The notes under the pieces are model-generated. The model did no database searches, was not told the origin of the DNA, and worked only from the letters and a program-made list of their open reading frames with translations. Below, one piece after another: positions 10,801 through 25,080 of a stretch of DNA of 64,000 bases. Position numbers and translations under genes: made by a program. Position 1 is the first letter of the stretch; each line of letters begins with the position of its first letter. Origin of the DNA: Chrysomallon squamiferum (lineage: Eukaryota > Animalia > Mollusca); contig CM022665.1 of the NCBI GenBank assembly GCA_012295275.1, positions 26,660,001-26,724,000 on the forward strand, written 5' to 3'.

Positions 10801-12899
10801 TAAGTAAATTGCTATTACAGAGTTTTTATGGAATGATTATATCTTCAAAATCAGCATTAAAGTAATTTTAACATGATAACATGATATCAAAACTGGTATT
10901 GATGGACACAGTAAATTGTATTTATGGTATTTGGAACAGACCAATTTATAAATACATTCTGTGTACTTTGATGTTAATTTTTCAATATTTATTTTTAATA
11001 ATACATTTTTCTATTTAAAAATATTTTCTAAAATATTTTTGTAGCTTTAGCAGTTGTCCATACAAATCTGGGATCATTTAGTAAAGCTATTAACACATTC
11101 TCTGATATACTAAAGGTAGGTTTTTTAAAACTGTATTATTGTTAATTATTAATTTTTAAAAATTTTTAGAAATATTTTAAAATTTATTTGTTTGTTAAAA
11201 TTAATGATATTGATTTAATAAATTACTGATTTTACATTACCAACAATCATTAATTAATTAATAATATTCCGCCTGATTTAAAAGTAATCTGTTTTATTTC
11301 CTCTTTCTAAATTACTTTACATTGATGATTGAATATTTAGATAAAGGTTTCAAAACAATGTATTATATTTAACAGCAAAATAACAACATTGTAGCTGCTT
11401 ATTATGGAAGAGGTGTTGCATATGCTAGAAAAGGTTTAAATGTAAGTACAGTTATTTATGTCCTGTATCATGCTTTCAATTCAAAACACAACATTCACAC
11501 CAAAAAATACATACACTGAACAGGATGATTCCTAATTATGATATGAGACGTGAATAAATGAATGAAAGTTACAAACTTACAATTATAAAATAATTTCATA
11601 TATATATATATATATACTGTATATATTATTTTATTTTTTATTAAAAGGGGACAGATTTAAAAAAAACTATTCAATGCTATTCAGGATAATGAGTCACACA
11701 TTTTTATTTTAGGAGGGCATTGTTGTGAACCTTTATCTCTGTGTGATGTAGATGTCAGTAGTGGACCAGCCTTAAAACATTAATTTCATTCTGTTTGAAA
11801 TGATATTTAACAGTCTTAATTCTCAATCATTTATATTCGCATTTTAATTCAGATTGCAGAAAATGCGGTTTTAGCACTGGCAGATTTTTCAGAAGCTATT
11901 AAAAGAGACAAAGATAGACATGAAGCCTATGAAAGAAGATCAGAGGTAATATTTATCAAAGCAGCAATAAATCTAGATAAACAAATAGAAAAGAAACGAC
12001 ATAAAAATTTATGAAAAATGTTATAATAAATTTCACTGCACACCAACATATATAGATTTTTGTTTTTCCTTTCTTTATTTTTATTTTGTTTTTTATTTTT
12101 AATGAATAGTAATTAAATATTAATAGTACAGCTGTGGTTATTTCTAAAATAATCTGTAAAGTATCATTTATATTTGACTAATCACAATAGTGTGTATGTG
12201 ACTAACATTTTTCTATTTTCAGTTGTAGTTACTTTAAAATAATTTGTATAATAATAATATGGTTGATTTCAGTATTTTAGTTTGTTGTTTATATCTAACA
12301 CATTTCTGTTTGCAGGTTTATATTGGTTTAGGTCATTACACCGAAGCATTGGATGATATGACCATGGCTATTAACTATAGACCAACAGAAAAACTTTACT
12401 TCATGAGAGGAGTTGTTAACCTCTTACTTGAAGTAAGCCATATATAATAATATTTAAATATATTGTAGCAGCTCATCATTTAATTAGGTAATGTAGCATA
12501 CCAGGCAGTGTGTGTGCGTGTGTGTCTGTGGATAAATGGTTAGATATGAATAAAGGTAATGTTACATTTTCTAAAGATTTCATTTTATTCATGATTATAT
12601 GTTTGTGACAGAATTATGCAGATGCTGAAAAAGATTTCAGAAGAAACCTAGAATCTGAAGGACAGATGTATATTGCTTCATATTTTAATCTAGGACTTGC
12701 ACTTTACTATAGAGGCAAAGTTAGGGTGAGTATCATAATCTGTTGGCATTTATTGTGTAATGGAAGGATTAGTTACAGTCAAAACCCTTAGTATTTTTAA
12801 TCTTGGATTTGAATGAAGTTATTGAACAATTATTAAACTAATCTTTTCAGAGATCTTCCTACTTATTAAAATGGTTGTTACACACATGTACACGTGTGT

Positions 12900-12941
<42 letters not shown>

Positions 12942-15694
12942 AGACAGATAAACAAACAATATTTATTACTTTAAAAGTTTGCAATTATTATTCTAAAAGA
13001 ATTTTCCCACATTTTAATAATAAATGCATAATTGTTTGCTTTCTTGTAGTACATACTAATTAGAAGCATATATTGATATACATTTTTCAGAATGCTATCG
13101 AAGTTTTTAAAGAAGTCTTGAAGCTTCAGCCTAACCACGTTGATGCATGTACCAGTTTAGCACAGGCTTTCAAGTAATTGATCAGTTATTTTATTCCCTT
13201 CACGTTAAAGTTTAATATTAATTTAATTATGATTAATGACATATAATTTATCTTTCATGACATAAAAATGATTGTTAATGCTTAAATTTCAGATGCGTTA
13301 GAAAAAAATGTAACTGTCAGCATTGCTATAACAATTGTATATATTAGTTCATTAATAAGTATACTTATATCTGATTTTTAATTTTTTTATTTTCTCTCCT
13401 CATACTCAGAGAACTTGGCAATTTAAAGGCTGCAAGAAACAGATTTAACCAGTCTCTGAACATCAAGCCAAACCACCCTCTTTCACTTCAGCTGATGGGT
13501 GGAATGTTTTATCACAGTGGAGATCCTAATTCAGCGCTCTCATATTTCCAGGTCAGTTGTATTCACTCAACAGTCTACAGAAACTTGATGCCTTATCAAA
13601 AGTCATTAAAATTGTTTAATACAATTATGAAATTCTAGAGGAACAGAATGTGAAATGTTTCAATCTGTTTTTGCCAACAATGTTTAAATATCTTTTTTAA
13701 TGATATACCTGCAACAATGCTGGGTTTATATTAAAGTTTTTACCAAAACTGACACATGCTTATACTTCTAAGTAATACTTCCGAGTTCAATTTTCTCAAT
13801 AACTTCATGAATATTTTAAGTTACCTTAGTTATAAAAAATTGTCTCTTTAATTTAAATGTTATAAATTATATTTTTTGTTCTTTTTTTTTTGTTTTGTTT
13901 TTACCTTCAGAAATGTTTAACAGTTGATTCAGATAATATTAACTGCCAGTATATGCAAGGACTTTCATATCTTGCAATGGGAAAATTTTATGAAGGTGTA
14001 AAAGCCTCAACTAAAGTAAGTTTTTAATTTATGTTAAAAGTTTAATTTTTATCAAACTATGGAACACTTTAAAAATAAAAAAGAAGCAGAATTTAAATCT
14101 GTTTAATTTTGGTTTCTCTCTCGTTTGTTAAAGGATATGTATATCATTATATGTCTGTAGCTTGTTGTTAGTTTTATATATATATATATATTATTTATTT
14201 CCAGTGCTTTCTGTTTAATATTACAGCAATTAATTATTATTATTACATGAAATAGAATTACTATGAACTTTGTGTAAATGTTCTGCAGTACAATTGCTGT
14301 GAACTTATCAGATAATTGTATTATTTAAGGTGATGGTAAACAGCAGTGGTGCTCTAAAAATGTCTCCAGAGTTTGTGAAATCACATTATTTAAGAGGTCA
14401 GTATTGCTTTACCATATAAAAAGAATGATTTACTTCGAATATTTTCAGTATTCTTTTTTATTATTAATTTCAGATTTAAATAAAAAAAAATTATTCTGTT
14501 GTTTTTTAAATTATTATTTAAGTTATTTTGGAAAAGAAGAAGATAATAACAATGGTTTCAGGTATTTTTATTAATTTCTATTTATTTATATATTTATTTA
14601 TTTTTTTACAGAATATGGTCGATATTTACATGCAAGACTTGATATTTCCTTAGATCAGCTGAAGCCAGATTTTGAACTAAAAGAAGAATTTAAAGATCAC
14701 TGGGTTAAAACATTACAATTTCAGTTCAAAGTTAGCATTTCCATTTCAACCTTTTAGTATTAAAAATAAATTTTCTTATATTTCTAATTAGATTAATAAA
14801 TGCCTCAGAATGTGAAATGCTAATATTGCTGAAGAATTCTTCAGTACTGGCATGTGTTTTATTTATTTTTTATTTATTTATTTATTTTTGTTGTTGACTG
14901 AAATAAATTGTTAATTTACTGAAAGTGAATTATTGCTGATGTACATTAATGAAAATTTTTCTTTACAGAATACTTATCAAGAACAACCAGGTTTACAGCC
15001 TCATATAAGGTATTAACTGAGTTTTATACTCTGCTTTTACTTTTAATCTTTTTTTGAAGATAAATATTTGATAGGTTTTTAAAAAGATTTTTTTAAGACA
15101 TTATTGGTTATATATTCAAATTTGACATAGCAGTTTTTGGAGTTCTTGAAAACAGATTTCACATTAACGTTTATACAAATGCATAGTAAAATATAGTAAA
15201 ATATGTTAAATCTGGGGAATTTTCTTTTGATTGGCATAACTGTTTTCTTTTTTTCTTTTTAAAATGCATTTTTATAGCTTTTAAACATTTAATAGTTCAA
15301 GAATTAAAGTAATATTGTCCATTGTTATTTTTTGTGAATATTTATTTTTCTCCTGTTCTCTAAATAATTTTCAGTGATATTATTACAATGAGTTTAGAAG
15401 ATTACCCTTCTAGTGTTCGATCTCTTATATGCAAAGCTGAAAAAGTGGGTGGATTAACACAGGTGAATTCTGATGGTTTCACTGCCAACAAACGACTTAA
15501 TTTAGCCATGGGTTTGGCATCAATACACATAGCACAGTACTTGGAGGTAATTTGAGTGAAAATAATATATTTATGGTATTACCTCACTTCTAAAATGATT
15601 TTAATGTCTTTCTTTCAGTTGAGTGCCTTCAGTCCTCTAAATAGTGTGATTGTTTATTTCTTTTCTTTTTTTAAAAATTGTCTCTTTTATTATG

Positions 15695-15738
<44 letters not shown>

Positions 15739-16565
15739 TAGATAGACAGATAGATAGATACATACAATTTTATATTTAATCTGTATAGTAATATTATCAT
15801 ACCAAGATTTGTTTTTGTCTTTTCTTCTTTAAAACAACACAATAACAAAAAACAAAAACAAACAAAAAAAACCCACAAACATTTTATTTATATATTGAAT
15901 CCAGTGGCAAGGAGTTTTATTTTCATTATTTTATGAAAGGAAAAGCTGACAAATATTTTATTATCTGTAAGCAACTTTGATTAAATCTAAAGTTTTTCAC
16001 ATCTCTTTAAAAACGATACATTTTAGTACAGATTGAGGTCCCTTTAGCCTCAAATTAGAAAATCTGAAAAGCTCTGAAATCCAAAAGTTTTTGTTTCACA
16101 GCAGAAATCTTATAGTATGCACAAAATTATTAAAACATATTATACATAAAAAACAAAATACAAATCCTGCAGACTGTTTATTTAAGTTGCATATGAAATA
16201 TAAATTAATTCAAATTTAGACTTAGATCCTACTGTCAGACTATCTCCTTATATTCCAAAATCCAAAATACTTTACAGTCCCAACCATTTCTGATTCTCAA
16301 CCTGTATTAGCAAACTCCTTTAGTCAGTATGATTTCTTGCACTTTGCATCGGTCTGAATTTCATTATGATATTTATTTTTATTTTAATGTTTTTTTATAA
16401 TAGTTTTATTGTTCTGTTATTTTTCTTGTTTTCAGAGCAGATGGAAAGGTTTTAAACAAAATAAAACACCTACAGGTAATTAAAATTTCACTGGTTTTTG
16501 TCATTTCTGTGCAGGTATGATTTGATAATTTGAGATACATATATTATAAACAAACAACATATATA

Positions 16566-16605
<40 letters not shown>

Positions 16606-17611
16606 TTGTTGTTTTTTGGGTTTTTTTTTAGCAAACATATTATACTTTACAAATAGTTCCATTGTTTGTTAAAAGATATATATTTTATTTGTTTCTTAGA
16701 TAAGAAAAAAAAAAAAAAATCATATGGCTTATTTAGAATATAGAATTTTTGTATTCCAGAAACATGTAGTGGTTGTCTTCTTTTAATTTTATATTAGTTA
16801 TCAGTTTTTTTTTAACATTCTTAAATTTTATTTCAAATACGTTATGTACAGAATTAAAATAATTAGAAGTGCCAATTAGTAATATTATATAATTACCAAT
16901 AACAGTAATAATGTGTTTTGTTCCACAGATTTGTACTTAATTTTCTTTTTTACTTAGTATTTTTTAAAACATTTATATATGTAACTAACATAATGTATGA
17001 TGTTTTAAATATAGAAAATGGTAAACTGCAGCAAATTTAATGCATTAATTTTCTGAATTATTAAATATTTAAAAATTTATATCTGTATGAATATGTGATT
17101 TTCTGCATGTGCAGGTGTATGCATGTGAGACAAGTAGTATTTATTAATGATAAAAATAATATAAAATATTTAAACAGAAAAACCAATAAACTGGATAGAA
17201 GTTTATCAGATTGGTGTACAGTATCGGAGACTTGTTGATCCTGACCAGCCATTGTTTTGGGTAGATTCTTTACCTGATCATTTGATGTCTGATGGTTTCA
17301 GAAGTGATATTACATTTGTCAGGTCAGTTAAACTTCATAAAATTCAGTTTATATGTTAATCATTGTCATTATTTTAATCTTTTCATTATATGTACTTGAT
17401 ACATAATTTTTAATGTAATTCAATAAATAAAAAAAGCACACACACACACACACATATACATATGCATAGACATACATATGTACAACCAATTGTTTGGTTA
17501 AAAACCCAACGATTTATAATGACTAACCTAAGCTATTTATTTATTTGTTTCTCAACTCATCACTATCACTGTTGTAGATTCACATTTACTTATTTTATTA
17601 TTGCTCTATAT

Positions 17612-17646
<35 letters not shown>

Positions 17647-20600
17647 CAAAATGGTCTTTTAAGATCCAAACCAGCAATTAAACCCTAAATAATGAATTTT
17701 GAAAAATATGTATATGTAAAATTTTGTACCAAAATCAATACAGTTCCATCCAAAAAAGTTATATTTTTCATCTGTGACTGAAAATATAGCAAATTATCTA
17801 GTTGTCTTATCTTGCCACTACATACAGTGATTGCAGGATAATATATACAAACATTATGTATAGAATAAAACTTAAAATATATATACATACATATTATTAT
17901 TTTATTTTATTTTTCAGAGGTTCTGTGATGAATTTAAAAGTTATGCCATATTTCGATCTGGTCTTCAAACTAGCAAAAACAATGCTGGAACATTATACAG
18001 GGTTTGTACATAAAGAGAAACATTTTATTTGATGTCTACCCTTTCATCTGATTAGATATTGATCAGTATAAATATACTAGTGATTTTATAAAGCAGCCTT
18101 GATCATTTTGATGTAAGATCTTGCTTATATTGCATTGATTTTTAATTTCAGCTGTCCAGAATGATGATTATACCTTTTTTTGTAAGAATTTCGATTAAAA
18201 CTGCATATATAATAATTTCTAAAACAAAGAAAGAAAAGAAAAATATCACAGATATATTAACAAAGCTGTTCTGTTTATATATGGAATAATGGTTTTATTA
18301 ACTGTATAAATTTAATGTTCCTTACAAAGGTTTACAGTTTTCATTAAATTATTTTTTGTTTTATTTTTCCTTATTTTACCATACTCTGAGAATATTTCAC
18401 AAATGTAAGCCACTCCACCGAAAGTAGGTGCTTAAAACCCTTAAACAGTGAAGTAAACTAAATTTTAGGATCATAAAATAACAATCTACACAGATAAACA
18501 GAACAGTGCATTCTGTGAGTACAAGTACCAGTAGTTTTGCTCAAATGCAGAATTCAATACCAAAAAATTAAAAAATAAACTTTCTTAAAAATATCATACA
18601 TGTTTTAAAATAGGTTTATTTTTGCTTGAAGTACTGATTATCTCCATCAGAGAAACTGTCAGCAATACTCAGATAGTTAACTTTTGTTTGCAGTCAAATC
18701 AAAGCAAGTACAAAGCTAAGAAAACTCTTTTTATGTTTCTACTTCAAATATCCACCTCAACACACATGCACATTTAAGTGCATTTAGTTGTGTGATTACA
18801 GACATTTTATTGCCCCTAATTACTACCTGCAATGCTTTTCTGCAGTTGGCCCTAAGGATTAACAGTCTTTGTGTATTACATAGGATTATGATTAAACATC
18901 AAAAACTACTAGTACTTTTAAGTGACATCCATATACATAACGAACTATATTTTTTTTTAACTTGTACCACTAATTATTTAAAATACTTGAGAGTGAAAAA
19001 TCATGACACGTGTAAATAAAGTTAAGCTGTGCAATTTAAAGGTGTTTGATCCATCTAAGTTTTTTAAAAATGGCCTCCTATGCTGTTTTAACCACCTTAA
19101 AATGCAATAATATTACTCTAAATATTTTTAAAATGCATCTAAAGTTCAAACATGTGAAACTATAATGTAAATAAATGTAAAAATGTAATTCAGTGAGGGC
19201 AAAAATGGTAGATCCACTACTCTTTAAACTAAAAAAACAAATGTTAAGAACACTAATAAATTCTAATTCATTCTTGCTGAAACCATACCCAGACTTGTTT
19301 TCTCAAACGTTTAAGGCCTAAGGTGCCTAAAAAGACATGGTTGCTGTGGACTTTGGGACAGAACACTAGGGCAGACTTAAAGGCAATTTTTCTTAATTAA
19401 TCATTGTGAGAAATTCCTTTTTTGGCAACACTAAAAAGGTCATAACTCATTTTTCAAGGTATTAGCAAACATTTTGTAGTCTTTTGATGCTTTTAATATA
19501 GTCTGTCTGATTATGAGATTGTCTTAATATTTTTTGCAAGAACCTACTTTCAGTGGAGGTGCTCATAGATATGGAATGTCATATCAAAAACGTAAATATT
19601 AATTTAGATTGTTACTGTAATTCAACATAGAAAATAAATTCAGTTTGGACAGTTGGGCTTAATGAATAATTATTCAAAAGTTCTAGGTTGATGTTTCAGG
19701 GATGGTGCTGTTCATTACACTAATCTGAAGGATGACATTGGCAAAGCAAAAACTTGTGATGATCTTCTCTCAGTTGCTAGAGTAAGCTGAATTATGGGTG
19801 AACATTATTCGTTGAAAATACTTTTTTAGTTTTTAATTATTTTTATTTTTTTTGGTTAGTCCATTTTAATAATAATTAATATTAAAGAAATAAAATCAAA
19901 ATTGTGATTTCATAATTACTCAAGGTGACTAAAATGAATTTGTTTAGGACATTTAATTTTTGTCATTTACAGAAACGTAAAATTAACCCACATGGGTTTT
20001 TAGTAGCAACACAAGTTCCAAGCACAAAAATGAAGGAATCAGATAGGCTTGATGGAGCCATGTTGATACTCACAGAAGATTTGTAAGTAAAAGAATTTTT
20101 ACAGCCAGAAGTCCTACAGATATACCTGTCATTCACACCAATATTAGATGATGGAGAGAAAAATTTGTTTTGATTAATGACATGTAGAACATCCTATAAA
20201 TTTTAATTTTATTTTATGATTCAGAAAGGAAAAAAAAAAAGAAGAATAATCATATAAATTATCTTGAATGGTATTGACACATTCTTTGTATATATGTATT
20301 TTAGAAATGGTAAAATTGTTTTTTCACTGAATATTGCCAATACTCAAGAACGAATGACAGCCTACTACTCAGAACTAGATTACCTCTTTAATCAAATACA
20401 GGATGAAATTCGGAGAACTGGAGTCAGCAAGATAGCAGTTAGTACACTTACAGTACATTATTTTTATATTAAGAAACAAGTTTAAGTATCTGTGTGTGCA
20501 TTAGAAGTTTACAGTTATAAATTATTTCTTTCTGTACATTGTCATTTGTATAATTTAGTGTCTTTACAGATCAGAACATGTTAAGTAATATATTCTGCCA

Positions 20601-22629
20601 TTTGTATATAGTTTACAAATTTATTATTATTTTTAGTAATTCGTTATTTTTTAATTGTAGAAAATGTTTTTAAAATATAACAAATGACCTTTTTCATTAA
20701 AAATAATATTAAAGTTTTTATTTCTCCCTTGTTTTTTAATAAAATACTAAAGTAATTTAAAATGCTCTTGTTATAATGATAAATATTTACTTTATTACCT
20801 TGATCTTTTATTGTTTTTTCAGGATGTAGATTCCATTCTTAACCTGATTCTGTCACTTGTTTACTACATGTATAACCTGATGCCATTAACAAGAGGATCA
20901 AGGTTTGTTTGAAACGTTTTTTTATTATTTTGTTATTTTTATTTATTTTTTTTTTTTTTTCAGAAAGAGAAAAATGTCAGAAAGTAAAATATTATAAGTG
21001 CTTCTTTCAAATGAAATCTACTTTGGTTGCTAACTGTTATCCTTCTTTTTGACTATATTGTTTATTTAACAGGTTTAAATTTGTTTGTGTTTCTTGATAT
21101 TTGATGTGTTCAGTTTAAAAAACCCAAACCATGAATTCTTGAATCTCTTTCAAATGCTTGGATTCTTCTTCAGAAAAATATTTATAGTGGAAAATAAAAG
21201 ATAAAGCATGTACCACTGATACAGTGATAAAATTATTTTCTTTAAAAAAAGAAAAAAAAAGTAAAATGCCAAAAATATCAGGAATGTTTGTTACAATTTT
21301 ATTAAGTTAACAGTTTTTTTAATAGTCATTTCAGTTTATGTAAAAAGTATCATTAAATTCATCTAATTAATTTTTCATCACAGAATTGTGTCAGTTGTCA
21401 TATATTTCTGATTCCTTTATAATGTTTTATACACACATCATCATAGGCATGAACACGCACTTCTTGTTTTTATTAACTAAATAGAGAGCAGTGGTTGGAA
21501 CAGAAAATTTACCCAAATGCACTGTTCTGTTTATGCAGTCAGCATATATTTTTGTACTGGGAATATTTTATTTTATTTTATTTCACTTCACATTATTATT
21601 AACAAAAGACATAAATATTTCATATTTCTGCTTAATATTTTGTACATTGTTAAAAATATTGGGTTGTAATGTATTTCAATAGGTGGCATTTGAACACATT
21701 ATTTCATTTCACACATGACTGAAATGTATGAGAATTCCTCTTGCATTTTTTTTTTTGTTTTTTAATAAATTGCTGATTTCTCTAAAAATGTTTTATTTTT
21801 ACAGTGTGGTGGCCTATTCCATGGCACTTGGTCTTGTAATGTCTATTGGTAGGCAAGTCACTGGGAAAATACCAACAGGAAAGGTCAGTACCTTCCTGTA
21901 TTTCATTACATAATATTATGCCTTTCAGTAAAAAAGAAGAAAGAAAGAAAGGTTTAGAAGTAATTAATTCATGGTTCTATTTTATCACTTTTTAAAAATT
22001 CTTCTGTTATTATTTATTATTTATTTTAATTATTTTAGTTGCTGGAACTTGAAGCTATGTTATCTGGAGCTCCTGATGCCTTTATTATTGTTACAAAACA
22101 ATGGATGAATGTAAAACGGTGAGAGTTGTTTTGATTTTTCTTCACTGTATTTCCATTTCAATAAACTACCATGGAAATAATGAAAAGTTTCTTTTGTTGT
22201 TGTTATTTTTCTTTTTTTCTTTATATATATCAGAATAATGTCATGGAAAACAAAAGATTAATTGTTTTTAGAAATACTTTTAAAGCAATGTGTGTTGTTT
22301 TTATTTATCTTAAGTTGAAATTAAATTTTGACAAATAATCTTTAAATATTGTGTCAGAAAATGTTAGCTAACTTAATAGTAATTTTCAGTTTTCTTTAGT
22401 AATCTTTTTTGATGTTTTTGTTGTTGTTATTTTTTTGATGGGGTGTTGAGACAATACAAAATATTGTTTTTAAAAAAATTATGAAAAAATCATTGTCTGA
22501 TTAATTTTGATCATTAATACTTGTTTCAGGAGCAGTCAATCTGTGTCTGCCTTGCCAAAGGTGAATGAAGTTTTCCCCACAGTTCGAAGTGTTATAGAAG
22601 TTTTAAATGTTAATACAGCATCTTGTTAA
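7802..22629 (+). CDS. TTC13: Tetratricopeptide repeat protein 13 (25 exons, about 856 aa)
   Basis: In-phase GT-AG exons: 7802-8057, 8367-8482, 8620-8695, 11045-11115, 11376-11441, 11853-11945, 12316-12432, 12612-12725, 13091-13173, 13410-13551, 13911-14015, 14330-14396, 14612-14730, 14969-15009, 15375-15546, 16436-16475, 17178-17322, 17918-18001, 19700-19781, 19973-20082, 20305-20437, 20823-20902, 21805-21883, 22039-22118 and 22530-22629. The protein has a signal-like N-terminus, TPR repeats and the TTC13 motifs CQYMQGLS, FKDHW, YQEQPGLQPHI and YNLMPLTRGSS. Confidence 0.93.
9228..9680. mobile_element. Probable non-autonomous DNA transposon fragment in TTC13 intron 3
   Basis: Begins TTAAAGGCAGTG (a TTAA-site-type end). 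It is GC- and CpG-richer than the flanking intron and contains the quasi-palindrome ATCAAATGAAAG...CTTTCAAAC common in invertebrate MITEs. The right end is not resolved. Confidence 0.4.
16029..16304. mobile_element. Tc1/mariner (pogo/Tigger-like) MITE in TTC13 intron 15
   Basis: TA|CAGATTGAG ... CTCAACCTG|TA gives imperfect terminal inverted repeats with TA target-site duplications. There are internal AAAATC(C/T)(G/A)AAA subterminal repeats. Confidence 0.7.
18405..19566. mobile_element. Non-autonomous TIR element of about 1.16 kb in TTC13 intron 18
   Basis: The left end GTAAGCCACTCCACCGAAAGTAGGTGCTT matches the reverse complement of the right end ATGAGCACCTCCACTGAAAGTAGGTTCTT. The flanks AAAT and AGAT resemble a degenerate 4-bp TSD. 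Confidence 0.65.
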
Positions 22630-23114
22630 CAAATCCAGATTTTAAATTTAAACAAAAATTATATATATTTTTTTTATCTCAGTGTTATGCATTCCATAGT
22701 TTGTAATTGTTGGTTTTTCCTTTGAAAACAGTTTCTGGAAATATTTGGTTTTTTAATACATTTTGTATATTATTTGTTATGTTTGTTACATACATTAAAA
22801 CTGATTACACCTGTTTGCCTTTACAGAAATTATTAAAACATATGTTTTGAAATTTATTTGAGAAAGAAAAACAACAATGATTTCCCTTTTAGATTGTATT
22901 ATTTAAGTTAATTTGTCCATTTTGTAATTTCAGAACATAATTTGCATGCTGTTTTTCAAGTTTTTAACATAAAGGGTTAGAAAAAATAAAACAAATAACT
23001 TTAAACACAAAAATGAACTTAGTATTATGTGTCAGCATTTGCAATTGCATTTTAACAATAATTTATTTCACTAATAAATTTATATACATTTTGAATATGA
23101 AAGCCACCTTGTCC

Positions 23115-23226
<112 letters not shown>

Positions 23227-25080
23227 AAACATCTAAAATGTAATTAATTTTTTTAAATAATTTTTTGCATGCACAATCTTTGGACAGAAAATATTTTATT
23301 GAATTTAAGCATTGTCTAAATGCTGCATTTGTAAAAGGGAATCGATTTTTATTGGTTGTGTTTGTTTTTTTAATTATTTCTTTTCTTGCTTTTTAAAAAA
23401 AAAAATATATATATATATATTTCTGATGTCAAAAAACTGTATTTCACAACTTTATCTACCTAGTTGGACAGTTGTTAATTCCTTTTCTTTTATTTTCATT
23501 TTAATTATTATTTCTGCCAATGCAAAACAAAATGTATATGATTTTTGTTTTAAAATTTCAGACAAAACATTGTCACAATGTTTTTTTAATTTATTTTATT
23601 TTTATTTCTTCTTACAATGATCTCATTTTACTTCTGAGATTAAAGTTTATTTTAATAAATATTTAGATCTTTTTGTTTTAGAAATAATTTGTTTTCTTAA
23701 AGTAAACCTTGTTTACATTGTTACACCAATCCAATCAAAGGTGCTGTTGGAGTTCTTAATACAAAGAAAGTGATTAATAAAGAAAGATACTATATTTTGT
23801 TTGTTTCATCATCTATGCAAATATGAAGATAACAAATCTGTGATTTTGTTATAATAATAAGTTACTAGTTGTTAAACATACTGACCTCAAATGTATGCAG
23901 ATGGAATCCTAAATAAAGGATTTAATTACTTATTGTATTTGTTTTCTATTCCAGTAAATTTGAGTGCATATTCTGTGTTCTGACATAGTGTGCTGTAGTG
24001 TTTAGATAATGAATAATTTGTTAGTAGATAGACAGTTGTGATATTATGACTACTGTTTTTAGTAAACTCCTTTAATTGATTTAAATCAAACAGTTTTACT
24101 ACAAAATCTTTTATTCTTACCTTAAAAAATAAAAATAAATAAATTGGAAAGAGCCAAATCTGTTCATTTTTATTCATAATGAGCTTGGTTAGAATTGTTC
24201 TTTTTTTTCTCATTTCCTTGTAAATGTTGCAAAAAGGATGAAAAGCAGAGAAGTAACTGAATCTAGCTTTAGCATCTGTACTGTCAGATGTGTGATCATA
24301 AAACTGAACAGTCTTAAGTTGCATAGTTGTATAGTAATATTTTAAAATGATTTTACAACAAATTATGGAAACAGATGATTTGGAAATATTCTTTTATTGT
24401 TATTATTATTAGTAGTAGTATATAATATACATGGAGAATATGTAAAGTTGATTATACAAAATGCTGCAGCCATTCAGTATTAAAAATTATAATTGTGAAT
24501 GAATGATTTTAGAAAAAAGGTTGTAATAATACTTTTGGTTCAATTTTCAAAGTGAAATTACAAATATAAATTTAGGCCACTTGGTAGTTAATATATAATT
24601 ACATGGGAACAAAAGACACTGTAACAGACAATATTTTTTCAATAAAAATAAAAGCTGAAACTGGTGCATGCATGGAGATTATTATAAATTTTTTGGTACA
24701 TACATATTCACAATGATGTAAATACTATTGCCAACACATCAAAAAAAATAATAATAATAATAATAATTAAAAAATAATTACAGCTGTAAATACTTATGGG
24801 AATTTAATAAGAACTAGTTTTATTTCATGCTTGTAACATTTTATTATTTCTCTCACTACTGGGTCACAAGAGGTTTATTATATAACTCTTGATGAATACC
24901 TTGCTACATACTGATCACATGACAAAACCAGATTGGATGAAAAGTGGAAAATAATCAAAATTTATTTATTTATTTACTTATTAAACTGAGTTTGAGTATA
25001 AGTTTTTAGAGAGATACAAATAAATAACCGGTAAACCCATATAAGTAAACAAATACCATACAATTAAATTGAATTTTTCA

